Assembly: GCA_965248925.1 (NCBI GenBank)
Contig: CBDFLE010000005.1
Coordinates: forward strand, 1,568,001-1,632,000
DNA length: 64,000 bases
Direction of reading: 5' to 3'
Origin: Candidatus Multivoradales bacterium
GTDB taxonomy: Bacteria > Acidobacteriota > Thermoanaerobaculia > Multivoradales > J023
Shown piece by piece: positions 39,272 to 48,993 of this stretch. Each line of letters begins with the position of its first letter. The stretch's first letter is position 1. Under the pieces are notes generated by a model. The model worked only from the letters and a program-made list of their open reading frames with translations. It made no database searches and was not told where the DNA came from. Both the position numbers and the translations under genes were made by a program.

Positions 39272-39619
39272 CTATTCGCGGTCGATCGCTGCCAGAAGAG
39301 CTTTCAGCTGAGGCAAGAGCTGCCGCAGCTCGTCGTTCGCAGTCTTCCAAACCATGTCGTGATTGATGTCGAAGTAGGCGTGGATCAGGCGGTTGCGCAT
39401 CGATACGATCAGCGGCCAAGGAATGTCGGGCGCCTCACTTCTGGTCGCCTCAGACAGCTGGCCCGCTGCCTCACCGATAACCTCGATCGCCCTGATCAGG
39501 GCGAAGAGGAGCATGCGATCGGAATCTAGATCAGCGCGTTCTCGACCCGATACGAATTCAAGCGCTGTCTCCGCGGCTTCGATGATGTGTAGCACCCGGA
39601 CTCGATCGTCAGGCTGCAT
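39272..39619 (-). CDS. hepT: HEPN/DUF86 ribonuclease toxin (HepT-like)
   Basis: IEVIGEAA, IPW and MRNRLIHAY (RX4H motif with adjacent Tyr). Confidence 0.9.
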   Translation of the reverse strand: MQPDDRVRVLHIIEAAETALEFVSGRERADLDSDRMLLFALIRAIEVIGEAAGQLSEATRSEAPDIPWPLIVSMRNRLIHAYFDINHDMVWKTANDELRQLLPQLKALLAAIDRE

Positions 39620-39908
39620 ACTGCACCTCAGCCTGCCGTACCACCTCTTCTCGAAAGTGGCGGCTCAGGTCTTGCGCCGTTCGCAGGTCTACGCGGCGAC
39701 CGCGCAACAAAGCCGACAACTCCGCTTCGATCGCCGCCAAGCCCAGGAGTCCTGGGACCGCACCGGGCTCGAATTCCACCAATAGGTCAACATCGCTTTC
39801 GAGCCTATCCTCGCCTTTGAGAACGGAGCCGAAAAGAGACAGTTGGGCGATGCGATGACGGCGGCAAAGCCTCTCCAAGTCTTCCTTGTCCAGTGGAAGT
39901 CGTGTCAT
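39609..39908 (-). CDS. mntA: Minimal nucleotidyltransferase antitoxin (MntA-like)
   Basis: LFGSVLKGEDRLESDVDLLVEF (GSx10DxD) and RVDL. Overlaps hepT. Confidence 0.9.
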   Translation of the reverse strand: MTRLPLDKEDLERLCRRHRIAQLSLFGSVLKGEDRLESDVDLLVEFEPGAVPGLLGLAAIEAELSALLRGRRVDLRTAQDLSRHFREEVVRQAEVQYAA

Positions 39909-40098
39909 TTTTTCGGCGGCTCCTGGTCACCTTCCATGGCGATGTCGGCAGGCGCCACCTACACGACGGCGCCGTCTCGGCACGTTGCAACAGGATTCTC
40001 TGCCTGCTCTCTACCGGATCCTACCCAAGGCTACCAGCGAAATCTGATCTCTCAGGCTCTTGCTCGAGACAACCTGAAAGACCGCTCTCGCCGACCCC

Positions 40099-41130
40099 TC
40101 AGTCGCCACTGTGGCGGCGCTGGAACTCCACCACTGTGCGCAGTGTTTCATCAAGCCCCAGCGACGGTCGCCAACCGACCAGCTCAGCGATCTTGTCGAT
40201 CGACGGTAGCCGGCGGCGCATATCCTCGAAGCCGGGTCCATAAGCCTCTTCGTAGGGCACTCGGCGAATCGCCGTTGCCGGGTCGGCCTCTGGGCGCACC
40301 AGCTGCAGAACCCGACGGGCCAACTCGATGACTGAGATTTCCTCGGTCGAGCCAATATTAAACACTTCGCCGACCGCATCTGGATGCTCGGCCAACGCCA
40401 GAATACCGCGCACGGCGTCGCTCACATGGCAGAAGCAGCGGCACTGCTCACCGTCGTCATAGACGGTCAACGGCTCCCCGGCCAGCGCTTGCTGCACGAA
40501 GCGTGGAATCACCATGCCGTAGCGACCCCGTTGGCGCGGGCCGACAGTGTTGAATAAACGCACGATCACCACCGGCAGATCGTGCTGCCGGTGATAGGCC
40601 AGCGACAAGTGCTCGGCGGCGACTTTGGAGGAAGCGTAGCTCCACCGCGCCTTCGAGGTCGGCCCCAACATCAGATCATCGCCCTCGCTAAACGGCACCT
40701 GGTCGCTCTTGCCATAGACCTCGGAGGTAGAAGTCAGCAAGAAGCGCTTGCGGTAGCGAGTACACATGCTGAGCACTGATTGGCTGCCCAGGATGTTGTT
40801 CTCCAGCGCATGCACCGGATCCTGGACCACCAGCTCTACCCCAACCGCCGACGCCAGGTGGAAGACCATGTCCGAGTCGCGCACCAGATGATCGAGCACC
40901 ACCTCATGAGTGATGCTGTCGATGGCGAGGGTGAAGCGCGGGTGACCTTCCAGATGGGCGATATTCTCCAGCCTGCCGGTGGAGAGATCGTCAATCACCG
41001 CCACCTGGCAGCCGCGTTCGAGCAGCTCTTCCACCAGGTAGCTACCGACGAAACCAGCACCGCCGGTGACCAGTACGCGGCACCCCGCTGCAAGCCGCAG
41101 GGAGGACCGCTCGGGCTCTGCTTCATCCAT
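40099..41130 (-). CDS. NAD-dependent nucleotide-sugar epimerase/dehydratase
   Basis: TGGAGFVG, TSTSEVYG, YASSK and RLFNTVGPRQ motifs. Confidence 0.92.
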   Translation of the reverse strand: MDEAEPERSSLRLAAGCRVLVTGGAGFVGSYLVEELLERGCQVAVIDDLSTGRLENIAHLEGHPRFTLAIDSITHEVVLDHLVRDSDMVFHLASAVGVELVVQDPVHALENNILGSQSVLSMCTRYRKRFLLTSTSEVYGKSDQVPFSEGDDLMLGPTSKARWSYASSKVAAEHLSLAYHRQHDLPVVIVRLFNTVGPRQRGRYGMVIPRFVQQALAGEPLTVYDDGEQCRCFCHVSDAVRGILALAEHPDAVGEVFNIGSTEEISVIELARRVLQLVRPEADPATAIRRVPYEEAYGPGFEDMRRRLPSIDKIAELVGWRPSLGLDETLRTVVEFQRRHSGD

Positions 41131-42209
41131 CAGCTAACGCCTCCGGAATCCACCGGCGTTTCGACTAGGGAACTTTCGAGGGTGCCATGAATCAGGCCAG
41201 GCCGCCGCTCGAGCCTCCAGATCGTCAGCCCGGCGCTGAACAACGCGACACCCAGTACCCAGCGGGTCGCCCCGCCGCCGCTGCGCCCCAACACCACGCC
41301 GGCCACCGCCGCCATTGCCGCCACCGCGTAGAGCAATCGGGCGGCGCCGGCAACCGGCCAACCAAGGCGCAGTATGCGGTGCGCCAAGTGGTCGGTGCCC
41401 GAGTGGGTCATAGGATTGAGCCCACGACGCAAGCGCGACACCACAACCAAGGTGGTATCGAAGAGGGGCACGGCCAGCACCACCAACGGTGCTAGCCAAC
41501 TCGTGTCGCCGCCGCCGCCGCCGGCCCGCTGTGCTTCGATCGCCAACACCGCCAGCAAGAGACCGATCAGCAAACTTCCCGAATCGCCCATGAAGAGCCG
41601 AGCCGGTGAGAAGTTTAAACACAAGAATCCAAGACAAGCGCCGCACAGAACCAAGGAGAGGGCTGACGGTAAGCCCGCCGGCAGGAGCAGGAAAAGGCCG
41701 CAAGCAGCGATCGCGGCCACCCCGGCGGCTACTCCGTCCATGTTGTCGAGCAGATTCAGCGCGTTGGTCACTCCGACCATCCACAAGCCTGACAAAGCCA
41801 GATCGGCCCAACCGGGCAAGCCGGTGTTGATCACCGCTCCGGCCACGAGCGCCATCCCTACCACTGCCCCTTGAGCCAGCAGCTTGCCCACCACCGGCAA
41901 ACGCCGGAAGTCATCCCACAAACCGACTGCAAAGACCAGCAAAGCAGCGGCTAGCAGCCCCAAGGGCTGCACCACTCCAGCCTTGGCTTCGCCAAAACTC
42001 GGTGCCAGGGCCAAAGCAATAGCCGCCAGCATCGCCGCGCCGCCGAGCAACGGAGTCGGCTGACGATGCAACTTGCCCTGAGCAGGTCGGTCGAGGAGGC
42101 CAATCCGGCCTGCTAAGCGCGCCGCAACCAACGATCCACAGACCGCGAAGCCAAAGGAGGCACCGAGCAGCCAGAGCAGCCGTGGCAAGGCAAGTAGGGG
42201 AGCTTCCAT
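41130..42209 (-). CDS. wecA: Undecaprenyl-phosphate sugar-1-phosphate transferase (WecA/MraY family)
   Basis: PTPLLGG, GLWDD, NALNLLDNMDG, FMGDSGS and DHLAHR motifs. Probable start at 42209. Confidence 0.88.
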   Translation of the reverse strand: MEAPLLALPRLLWLLGASFGFAVCGSLVAARLAGRIGLLDRPAQGKLHRQPTPLLGGAAMLAAIALALAPSFGEAKAGVVQPLGLLAAALLVFAVGLWDDFRRLPVVGKLLAQGAVVGMALVAGAVINTGLPGWADLALSGLWMVGVTNALNLLDNMDGVAAGVAAIAACGLFLLLPAGLPSALSLVLCGACLGFLCLNFSPARLFMGDSGSLLIGLLLAVLAIEAQRAGGGGGDTSWLAPLVVLAVPLFDTTLVVVSRLRRGLNPMTHSGTDHLAHRILRLGWPVAGAARLLYAVAAMAAVAGVVLGRSGGGATRWVLGVALFSAGLTIWRLERRPGLIHGTLESSLVETPVDSGGVS

Positions 42210-42463
42210 ATCGGCCTGGATCTTAAAACATCTGCCGCCATCGCTCGGCGAAAAATCCCAGGACAGTCGAGGAAAACCCGCCAGAAGACGGCGCCAGTAG
42301 ACGGCGCCAGCCGCCACTAGCCGCTAGCCGCCCGACCAGCGATTGGACAGCCCAGCCCATCGCCCGTAGAATCCACTGAGTTTGTTCTCTGCCCCCAGCG
42401 GCCACATCAGGAGGCCGCGTCTTCTACCACGGCTCACCGGCAACCACTGCTTTGGGAGACTCT

Positions 42464-43522
42464 ATGGAGCCCCTGGCTTCCACCGCTACAGCCATGCTTC
42501 CGGAGATCGTCGGGGGTCAACTGCGGCGGGCCGTGCTGCTGACCTTGCTCTACAGCGACCTGTTCGACTTTCCCTTGGACGAGGCAGAGCTCTACCGCTT
42601 CCTGGTAGCACCGTGCGACAGCCCGGAACAGCTTCGCCACGCTTTGGCAGAACTCGAGGCCGAAGATCGGGTCAGCCGGGTGGATAGCTGGTGGTTCCTG
42701 GCCGGCAGTGAGGCCAACATAGAACTGCGCCAGCAACGCCAACAGCTGGCGGCGCGGCGCTGGCCACCGGCGCGGCGCTTCGGCCGCTGGTTGAGCTGGG
42801 TACCCTTCCTGCGCATGGTCGGAGTCTGCGGCTCGCAAGCGGTGGAGAACGGCGGCGCTGACGGTGATGTCGATCTGGTGTTGATCACCGCTCCGCGGCG
42901 CTTGTGGATCGCCCAGGCGACGGTGATGCTGCTGCGCCGCCTTGGCGGCCTATTAGGTATTGAGATCTGCCCTAATTTTCTGCTGAGCGCCGACCAGCTG
43001 GTGCTCCAAAACCGCAATCTCTATGTCGCCCGCGAAGTAGCCCAAGTAGTGCCCTTGTGGGGTGAGGACGCCTACCAAGACTTCCTCGCCGCCAATCGCT
43101 GGATCCACACTTTCCTGCCCCAAATCGCCAACGGCGACCGACAACGTTTTCTCGAGCCGCGGCCTCAACACCTGGCCACTCGATGGGTCGAGAAGCTGCT
43201 CGGCGGCAGGCTGGGGACACTGCTCGATGGCGCCATCCATCGCCTCTCGCTGACCTACTACGCACTCCGCTTGCGCCGTCACGGCTGGAGCAGGCAAGAG
43301 ATCGAGCAAGCCTACCGGCCCGAGCGTCAAACCGTGATGCGCGGCGGCTTTCTCGGCGCGGTACGGCGCCGTTTCCTCGACCGCGCCGCCGAGCTGCTGG
43401 ACGATGAGGACGTCTTGCCAGAAGCGACGGCGTTGTTCGAGAGCGGCGCTCTGGACGACGCCGACCCGCTCTATGCCAACCTCTTCACCAGCCGCTACGG
43501 CAGCGCGGATCCGCCGCGATGA
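42464..43522 (+). CDS. Conserved hypothetical protein with a nucleotidyltransferase-like motif
   Basis: LLYSDLFDFPL..E and VGVCGSQAVENGGADGDVDLVLIT (GSx10DxD). ATGA-coupled to the next radical SAM gene. Confidence 0.7.
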   Translation: MEPLASTATAMLPEIVGGQLRRAVLLTLLYSDLFDFPLDEAELYRFLVAPCDSPEQLRHALAELEAEDRVSRVDSWWFLAGSEANIELRQQRQQLAARRWPPARRFGRWLSWVPFLRMVGVCGSQAVENGGADGDVDLVLITAPRRLWIAQATVMLLRRLGGLLGIEICPNFLLSADQLVLQNRNLYVAREVAQVVPLWGEDAYQDFLAANRWIHTFLPQIANGDRQRFLEPRPQHLATRWVEKLLGGRLGTLLDGAIHRLSLTYYALRLRRHGWSRQEIEQAYRPERQTVMRGGFLGAVRRRFLDRAAELLDDEDVLPEATALFESGALDDADPLYANLFTSRYGSADPPR

Positions 43523-45069
43523 GTGGTGTCCTCTTCGGCCATTCTTACTTCCTGCGCTTTGATCCCAAGCTGTGGCAGGCGATGCAGCCGTACCCGCCCC
43601 TGGGCACCCTGTTTGCCGCCGCTTACTTGCGCCAACGGGGCTTCGAAGTGGCCCTCTTCGATGCCATGCTGGCCGCATCAGAAGAGGAATTCGCCAGCGC
43701 CCTCGACCGACATCAGCCCGACTATGCCGTGCTCTACGAAGACAACTTCAACTACCTGTCGAAGATGTGTCTGCTGCGGATGCGCGAGGCGGCCTGGCGG
43801 ATGATCGACCTCGCTAGACAGCGGGGAGCGACGGTGATCGTCTGTGGTGCCGATGCTACCGATCACAGCGCTGAATACCTCGAACGCGGCGCCCATTTCG
43901 TGCTCAACGGCGAAGGCGAGGCCACTCTCGCCGAGTTGCTCGAACGACTGCAAGCGGGAGGAGAGCGCTTCGACGACATCCTCGGTCTCACTGCAGCAGC
44001 AGAGTTCGCCGGCACCGATGAGCCCCTGCGCACCCCGCCGCGGCCGGTGCTGCGCGATCTCGACGCTCTGCCTTTTCCAGCTTGGGACCTGGTGGACATG
44101 GAGCACTATCGCCGCTTGTGGCGCCAGCGCCACGGCTACTTCTCGATAAATATGGTCACCACTCGCGGCTGCCCCTTTCATTGCAACTGGTGCGCCAAAC
44201 CGATCTGGGGACAGACCTATCACCAGCGCAGCCCAGCCCTGGTCGCCGCCGAGCTGAGCGAACTTCAACAGCGCTATCAACCCGACCACATTTGGTTTTG
44301 CGACGACATTCTCGGGCTGAAGAAAGGGTGGTTGGAGGATTTCGCCGCTGAAGTCGAGCGGCGCGGCGTGCGCACGCCGTTCAAATGCCTGAGCCGCGCC
44401 GATCTGCTGCTACGCCCGGGCGAGATCGAAGCGTTGGCCAAGGCCGGCTGCCGGGTGGTGTGGATCGGCGCCGAGTCCGGCTCCCAAAGAGTGCTCGACG
44501 CCATGGACAAAGGGACCAAAGTAGAGCAGATCCACCGCGCCGCCGAACTCTTGCACCAGGCTGGGGTGAAGGTCGGCTTCTTTCTCCAATTCGGCTACCC
44601 CGGCGAAAGCCGCGAAGAGATCGAACTCACCCGAACTCTGGTGCGCGACTGCCAGCCCGACGAGATTGGCATGTCGGTGTCCTATCCCCTACCCGGCACA
44701 AAGTTCTACGATTTGGTCAAGCAAGAACTCGGCGAGAAGCGCAACTGGGTCGATTCCAACGATTTCGACATGATGTACCGTGGTCCCTTCACCACCGCCT
44801 TCTACCGTCAACTCTACAAAGTGGTGAACAAAGAGTTTCGCGCCCAGCTGGCCGCCAACGCTCTCAGGCGCCTGGGGCATCACCCCACCGATCTCCGTCT
44901 CGGCCATTTGCGCCGCGCCGCCGCCTTGCTCTATCACCGGCTCACCCTGCCCGGCGAGCGCCGCAAGCTCAACCGCCGCGAAAAAGACCAGCATCAGGGG
45001 CTAGGCCCATTGAGCACCGGCATGAGCCACGAGGAAGCCTCCCGACCGACATCGCAAGCCAGCAGCTAG
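43519..45069 (+). CDS. Cobalamin-binding radical SAM protein (paralog type B)
   Basis: PYPPLGTL, GEGE, RGCPFHCNWC, WIGAESGSQ and SYPLPGT motifs. Confidence 0.92.
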   Translation: MSGVLFGHSYFLRFDPKLWQAMQPYPPLGTLFAAAYLRQRGFEVALFDAMLAASEEEFASALDRHQPDYAVLYEDNFNYLSKMCLLRMREAAWRMIDLARQRGATVIVCGADATDHSAEYLERGAHFVLNGEGEATLAELLERLQAGGERFDDILGLTAAAEFAGTDEPLRTPPRPVLRDLDALPFPAWDLVDMEHYRRLWRQRHGYFSINMVTTRGCPFHCNWCAKPIWGQTYHQRSPALVAAELSELQQRYQPDHIWFCDDILGLKKGWLEDFAAEVERRGVRTPFKCLSRADLLLRPGEIEALAKAGCRVVWIGAESGSQRVLDAMDKGTKVEQIHRAAELLHQAGVKVGFFLQFGYPGESREEIELTRTLVRDCQPDEIGMSVSYPLPGTKFYDLVKQELGEKRNWVDSNDFDMMYRGPFTTAFYRQLYKVVNKEFRAQLAANALRRLGHHPTDLRLGHLRRAAALLYHRLTLPGERRKLNRREKDQHQGLGPLSTGMSHEEASRPTSQASS

Positions 45070-45092
45070 GCGCCGCGCTGGTCAACATCTAG

Positions 45093-45404
45093 AACAGAGC
45101 TGGGAGGAGAGTCAATCTATCTCTTGCCCACCTGGGAGTTCTCCTGAACCTGTACGAGGCGGACCTCGAAGAGGCAAACTTCGAATTGACTAACCTCTTC
45201 AAGGCGGACCTCCATTGCGCGAATCTTCAAGGGGCAAACCTTCAAGGCACGCAGCTGCTAGGGGCGGACCTCGCTGGAGCAGACCTCAACGGGGCGCGCA
45301 ACCTGACGCAAGAACAAATCGCCTCAGCCCACGGCGATGAAGAGACCCTCTTCCCCGAGGGCCTAGAGCGCCCGGCGCACTGGACAAGCGACCCGAAGCC
45401 CTGA
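45093..45404 (+). pseudogene. 5'-truncated pentapeptide-repeat protein fragment
   Basis: The frame is open from a TAG at 45090 with no ATG. It reads ADLEE ANFEL TNLFK ADLHC ANLQG ANLQG..ARNLTQEQI..GDEETLFP, a typical pentapeptide C-terminal cap. Confidence 0.7.
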
Positions 45405-45561
45405 ATTCGCAGCCGGGCGGATTCCGTCGCTAGCCTAGAAGGCGCAGGCCGGACGAGGCTCCCAGGAGGGGCCTCAAGAACTCTCTTCGCGGTTCCCACG
45501 TCGCTATTCTACTGCGCCTGAGGGGCTCTCGCCTCGCATCGATTGGCCAAGTCGGTGCTGC

Positions 45562-47055
45562 CTACGAAACCGGAAGCACCACATCCGTAGTCAGCAGCCA
45601 CTCGGCGATCTGGAACACCGCGGCTGTCAGGCCGGCGATCGGCACGTACTGCAAGAAGTAGGCGTGCAGTCGATAGACCCAGAAGTATTCGGCAAGCCGC
45701 GGAGAGTAGCCGCCGCGGGTCTCTGCATCTCTCAAGCCGGACACGTAGTAGGTCAGGATGCCTCGGCTGATGTTGTACAAGATCAGCGCCACCGCCAGAA
45801 GGCGCAGAATGAGGTGCTCGCCTGGCTGGTGGAGGCCGACTAAAGGACGCCAGATGGGTTGTGGGGAGCCGCAGTTCTTCCGGGCCTCAAGGCAAAGGCC
45901 GAGCTCGTTGACGGGCGTTAGCGTCCGGACGGCAATGCTAGCGAGTGCTTGATCTCGGAGGCGCAGAGTTTCCTCCTCGATGACCTGGCGGCCGCGGTCG
46001 ATGTCGAGGCCTTCCCGGTTCCATAGAGCGATGGCTTCGGCTAGGGCGCCCGGTGAGCTGGCCAGCTGCTGGAGTCGAGCCTCGCTCTGCTGTCGACGGT
46101 TGTCTGCGGCGACCTGCACCGCCGAGCTCGCTTCCTGGGCTGCGTTCACGCCCTTCCAGTACCCGGCGCGGCTGATGTGAGGTACGAGGAACAGGAGTAG
46201 GAACAGGAGGTTGAACAGGAGGGCGGGGCCGGAGTAGGCGCTGCGGACTACGGACCAGGGGTCTTGGGAGCCAGGAGCGAAGCGGGCGTTGAGGATTCTG
46301 GTGTCGTCGAGGAGCAGACTGGCTTCCTCCCTGCGATCCTTCAACTGTAACCACTTGGGCCTCCGCAGTCGCAGATCTGCCCCCGAAAGATCTGCTTGGT
46401 GCCAGATACTACCCTTCACCCATGCGCCGCTCAGGTTGGCGGTCTTCAGGCGCGCGCCGCTCAGGTTGGCCAACTCCAGGTGCGCGCCGCTCAGGTTGGC
46501 GTTCTCCAGGCGCGCGCCGCTCAGGTCGGCGTTCTCCAGGCGCGCGTCGGCCAGGATGGCACTCTCCAGACGCGCGCCGAGCAGGTTGGCGTTCTCCAGG
46601 TGCGCGCCGCTCAGGTTGGCGTTCTCCAGGCGCGCGCCGCTCAGGTCGGCGTTCTCCAGGCGCGCGTCGGCCAGGTTGGCGTTCTCCAGGTGCGCGCCGC
46701 TCAGGTTGGCTTTCTCCAGGCGCGCGCCGCTCAGGTCGGCTTTCTCCAGGCGCGCGCCGCTCAGGTTGGCTTTCTCCAGGCGCGCGTCGCTCAGGTCGGC
46801 GTTCTCCAGGTTGGCGTTCTCCAGGCGCGCACCGTGGAGGTCGGCGTTCCATCTACCACCAACCTTCAACCAAAGGCTGCCGAGCGCAAGCTCTTCCCGA
46901 GCCGAGAGGTCAAGTCTTACCAGATGCGGCCGCTCGTCCTTCGCTTCCGATCGCCAGGTGTTCCAAGCGTCGACCCCTTCGAGGAGTTTCCGCAGATGAT
47001 CGAGGTTGCCTTCGAACGTCGGGAACTCCGCCTTTAGCTGTTCATCCGTGACCAT
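45562..47055 (-). CDS. Pentapeptide-repeat protein with C-terminal TM segments and coiled coil
   Basis: GAGGAG RBS, GVDAWNTWR N-terminal motif, about 30 A(N/D/R/H)Lxx pentapeptides, then about 3 hydrophobic helices. Confidence 0.88.
   Translation of the reverse strand: MVTDEQLKAEFPTFEGNLDHLRKLLEGVDAWNTWRSEAKDERPHLVRLDLSAREELALGSLWLKVGGRWNADLHGARLENANLENADLSDARLEKANLSGARLEKADLSGARLEKANLSGAHLENANLADARLENADLSGARLENANLSGAHLENANLLGARLESAILADARLENADLSGARLENANLSGAHLELANLSGARLKTANLSGAWVKGSIWHQADLSGADLRLRRPKWLQLKDRREEASLLLDDTRILNARFAPGSQDPWSVVRSAYSGPALLFNLLFLLLFLVPHISRAGYWKGVNAAQEASSAVQVAADNRRQQSEARLQQLASSPGALAEAIALWNREGLDIDRGRQVIEEETLRLRDQALASIAVRTLTPVNELGLCLEARKNCGSPQPIWRPLVGLHQPGEHLILRLLAVALILYNISRGILTYYVSGLRDAETRGGYSPRLAEYFWVYRLHAYFLQYVPIAGLTAAVFQIAEWLLTTDVVLPVS
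46423..46840 (-). repeat. Intragenic 15/30-bp tandem repeats with a 120-bp higher-order duplication
   Basis: Unit GTTCTCCAGGCGCGCGCCGCTCAGGT(T/C)GGC. 46501-46555 is identical to 46621-46675. Confidence 0.9.
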
Positions 47056-47096
47056 TCATCCGCTCCTCTCTATGAAGTGATCTCGCCCAAGACGAG

Positions 47097-47411
47097 CTAC
47101 CGTAGCAAAGGGCTGCGCCTCTCGACCCTGAACCGAGCCATCCGGCAGCCGATTTCGAAGGCGGCAGCCAGAGTCGCTGACTTGGCGGGGCCGACGCCTG
47201 GTTGGTCCTTGAGCTGGCCGTTGGCGCTCAACAGCGATCTGAGGTCGCCATGCTCCTTGAGCAGCTCCTGCGCGACATCCAAGGCAGACTTGCCGGCACC
47301 GCCCGTTCGCAGCAGGACGGCGACTAGCTCAGCATTGGACAGCGACTCTGGCCCATGATGTAGGATGCGGCCACGCGCTTCCTCATCGCTAGGCTTCTGA
47401 GACCGGCTCAT
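47097..47411 (-). pseudogene. radC: RadC (UPF0758) N-terminal region only; JAB domain absent
   Basis: GPESLSNAELVAVLLRTG and GVGPAKSATLAAAFEIG, with the stop before any HxH JAB motif. Confidence 0.8.
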
Positions 47412-47625
47412 CGCCGTGAAGCGGCCATCAGAAGGCAGCCGACGGCGTTGCGCAGGCCATCGATCTGGGCCGCTGCGATGGCGCCGGAGAGGTCTTCATT
47501 GAAGCAGCAGGTAGCCGCGATCTTGGAGAGGTTAGATCCAGCCACAAGAGGCGAAGAGCTATGATTTGGAGCGCGGTTTGAGGGTCTTGAGGGTTCGGGT
47601 TGGTATGCTTCGGGCGGTCCTGCAT
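47408..47625 (-). pseudogene. Frameshifted small hypothetical gene, paralog of 50279-50572
   Basis: Frame 1 reads ..QTALQIIALRLLWLD and shifts near 47535 into NLSKIAATCCFNEDLSGAIAAAQIDGLRNAVGCLLMAASRR*. Its TGA overlaps the radC ATG (ATGA). Confidence 0.5.
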
Positions 47626-47855
47626 CGGGGCTTTTCCGGTGTTGGATAGGCTCGATGGGCGGCTCGTAACTGCTCGCCGGGCCGGATTGGGGTGGCAGGG
47701 CCTGGTGGGGCCTGCTGACTCGACTGGTGAGAATGGCTATATGAGACTTGAATTGAATGTCAACGAATATTCTTGGAAATCAGCTGATAGATTTGCCCAC
47801 ACCTATCTGCGCCGAGACGATTTGTAACATGTAGATTCTGCGTCACGCAGAGGGA

Positions 47856-48398
47856 TTGCCGATGACACCGATCAGTCAATGGATACTAGAAAATCAGTAC
47901 TGGCTCCGAGTTATCGGACACGCCTTTGTACTACTAGGAATTGTATTGACTGGAGTCGCAGGCACACGCATACTTAGGATCTTGGAAAGCTTCGGCGAGA
48001 AGCTCTATATGCTGACACTAATCACCATTGGACTGTCGCTCCAAATCCTCCCCTTTGCGCTTGGCTGGTTGCTTTACTATATCAATGAGCGCTTTGGCAT
48101 CCTTGAGTTCTTGATTCCCAACGCCCGCCAGAATACGAGCGCGATGTCTCGCGGTGAAGCGATATGGGAGCTGATGCGCTGGGCACCATTCTTTCTCATC
48201 TGCCTATACTTGACTGGAGGAATCGTTTCCCTATCAAGTGAGCTGCACAAGAAGTACAGAAAATTGCTCGCCCCCTTCACCAACAAGATCGAACGCATCA
48301 AGGCGACTGTGGCGGCCGACAGATTCCTACATGGGAGCGGTGTTGCATTTGCCGCAGCTGGCGTTTTGATGCATCTGGCAGTGGACGCGAATCAGTAG
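47856..48398 (+). CDS. Hypothetical membrane protein (about 4 TM), AT-richer than its flanks
   Basis: Four hydrophobic stretches and atypical codon usage. No motif recognised. Confidence 0.6.
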   Translation: MPMTPISQWILENQYWLRVIGHAFVLLGIVLTGVAGTRILRILESFGEKLYMLTLITIGLSLQILPFALGWLLYYINERFGILEFLIPNARQNTSAMSRGEAIWELMRWAPFFLICLYLTGGIVSLSSELHKKYRKLLAPFTNKIERIKATVAADRFLHGSGVAFAAAGVLMHLAVDANQ

Positions 48399-48449
48399 AG
48401 CACAGTGCTACCCTTTCGTTCGGCAACACGGCGACGACGCCTGGCTGAT

Positions 48450-48852
48450 CTCGGAAGGTGCAGCAGCACCGCTGTCTCGTAAGGACTGATCCAGAATGCC
48501 GATCGCGTCGCCGTCTTGATCCACGGCTCGCCATAGGTAGTGCTACTGGCCTTGGATCTTTACGAACATCTCGTCAAGATACCAGAAGTCGCCGAGCTGG
48601 CTCTGCTTCCACTTCAGCCGGCGGGCGTACTCACCGCCAAACTTCCCACTCCACTGGCGAATCGTCTCGCAGGATACAATCACCCCGCGTTCAGCGAGCA
48701 GATCTTCGACGTCGCGAAAGCTCAAGCAGAAGCGGTAGTAGAGCAATACGGCGTGGTTGATGATCTCGGGCGGGAAGCGGTAGACGCGGTAGCTTAGAGC
48801 GAGATTGTTTGAGGGACTACTTTACCATGCTCGGGCTCAATCTGACAGTCCC
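48450..48852 (-). mobile_element. IS6-family transposase remnant with putative left IR
   Basis: YRFPPEIINHAVLLYYRFCLSFRDVEDLLAERG..ETIRQW..WYLDEMFVKIQGQ*HYLWRAVDQDG with an in-frame TAG. GGGACTGTCAGATTGAG at 48852-48836 resembles an IS6 end. Confidence 0.85.
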
Positions 48853-48993
48853 CTCGGCAGCACCACTGCCCGGCTCATTGCTGATCTTGTCTGGGAGGGG
48901 CAGTTGTTAGATTCCAGCAAACGACACACGACAGGCCCTGCACGCCCTCAGCCAAGAACCTTGAAGTAACACACGTAAAGAGGTTTCACAGAA

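Noticed and set aside
46289-47051. Long repetitive ORFs in other frames (RRSGWRSPGA, ERRAPG, RAAQVGVLQ)
   Set aside because: Shadow frames of the stop-free pentapeptide repeat DNA.
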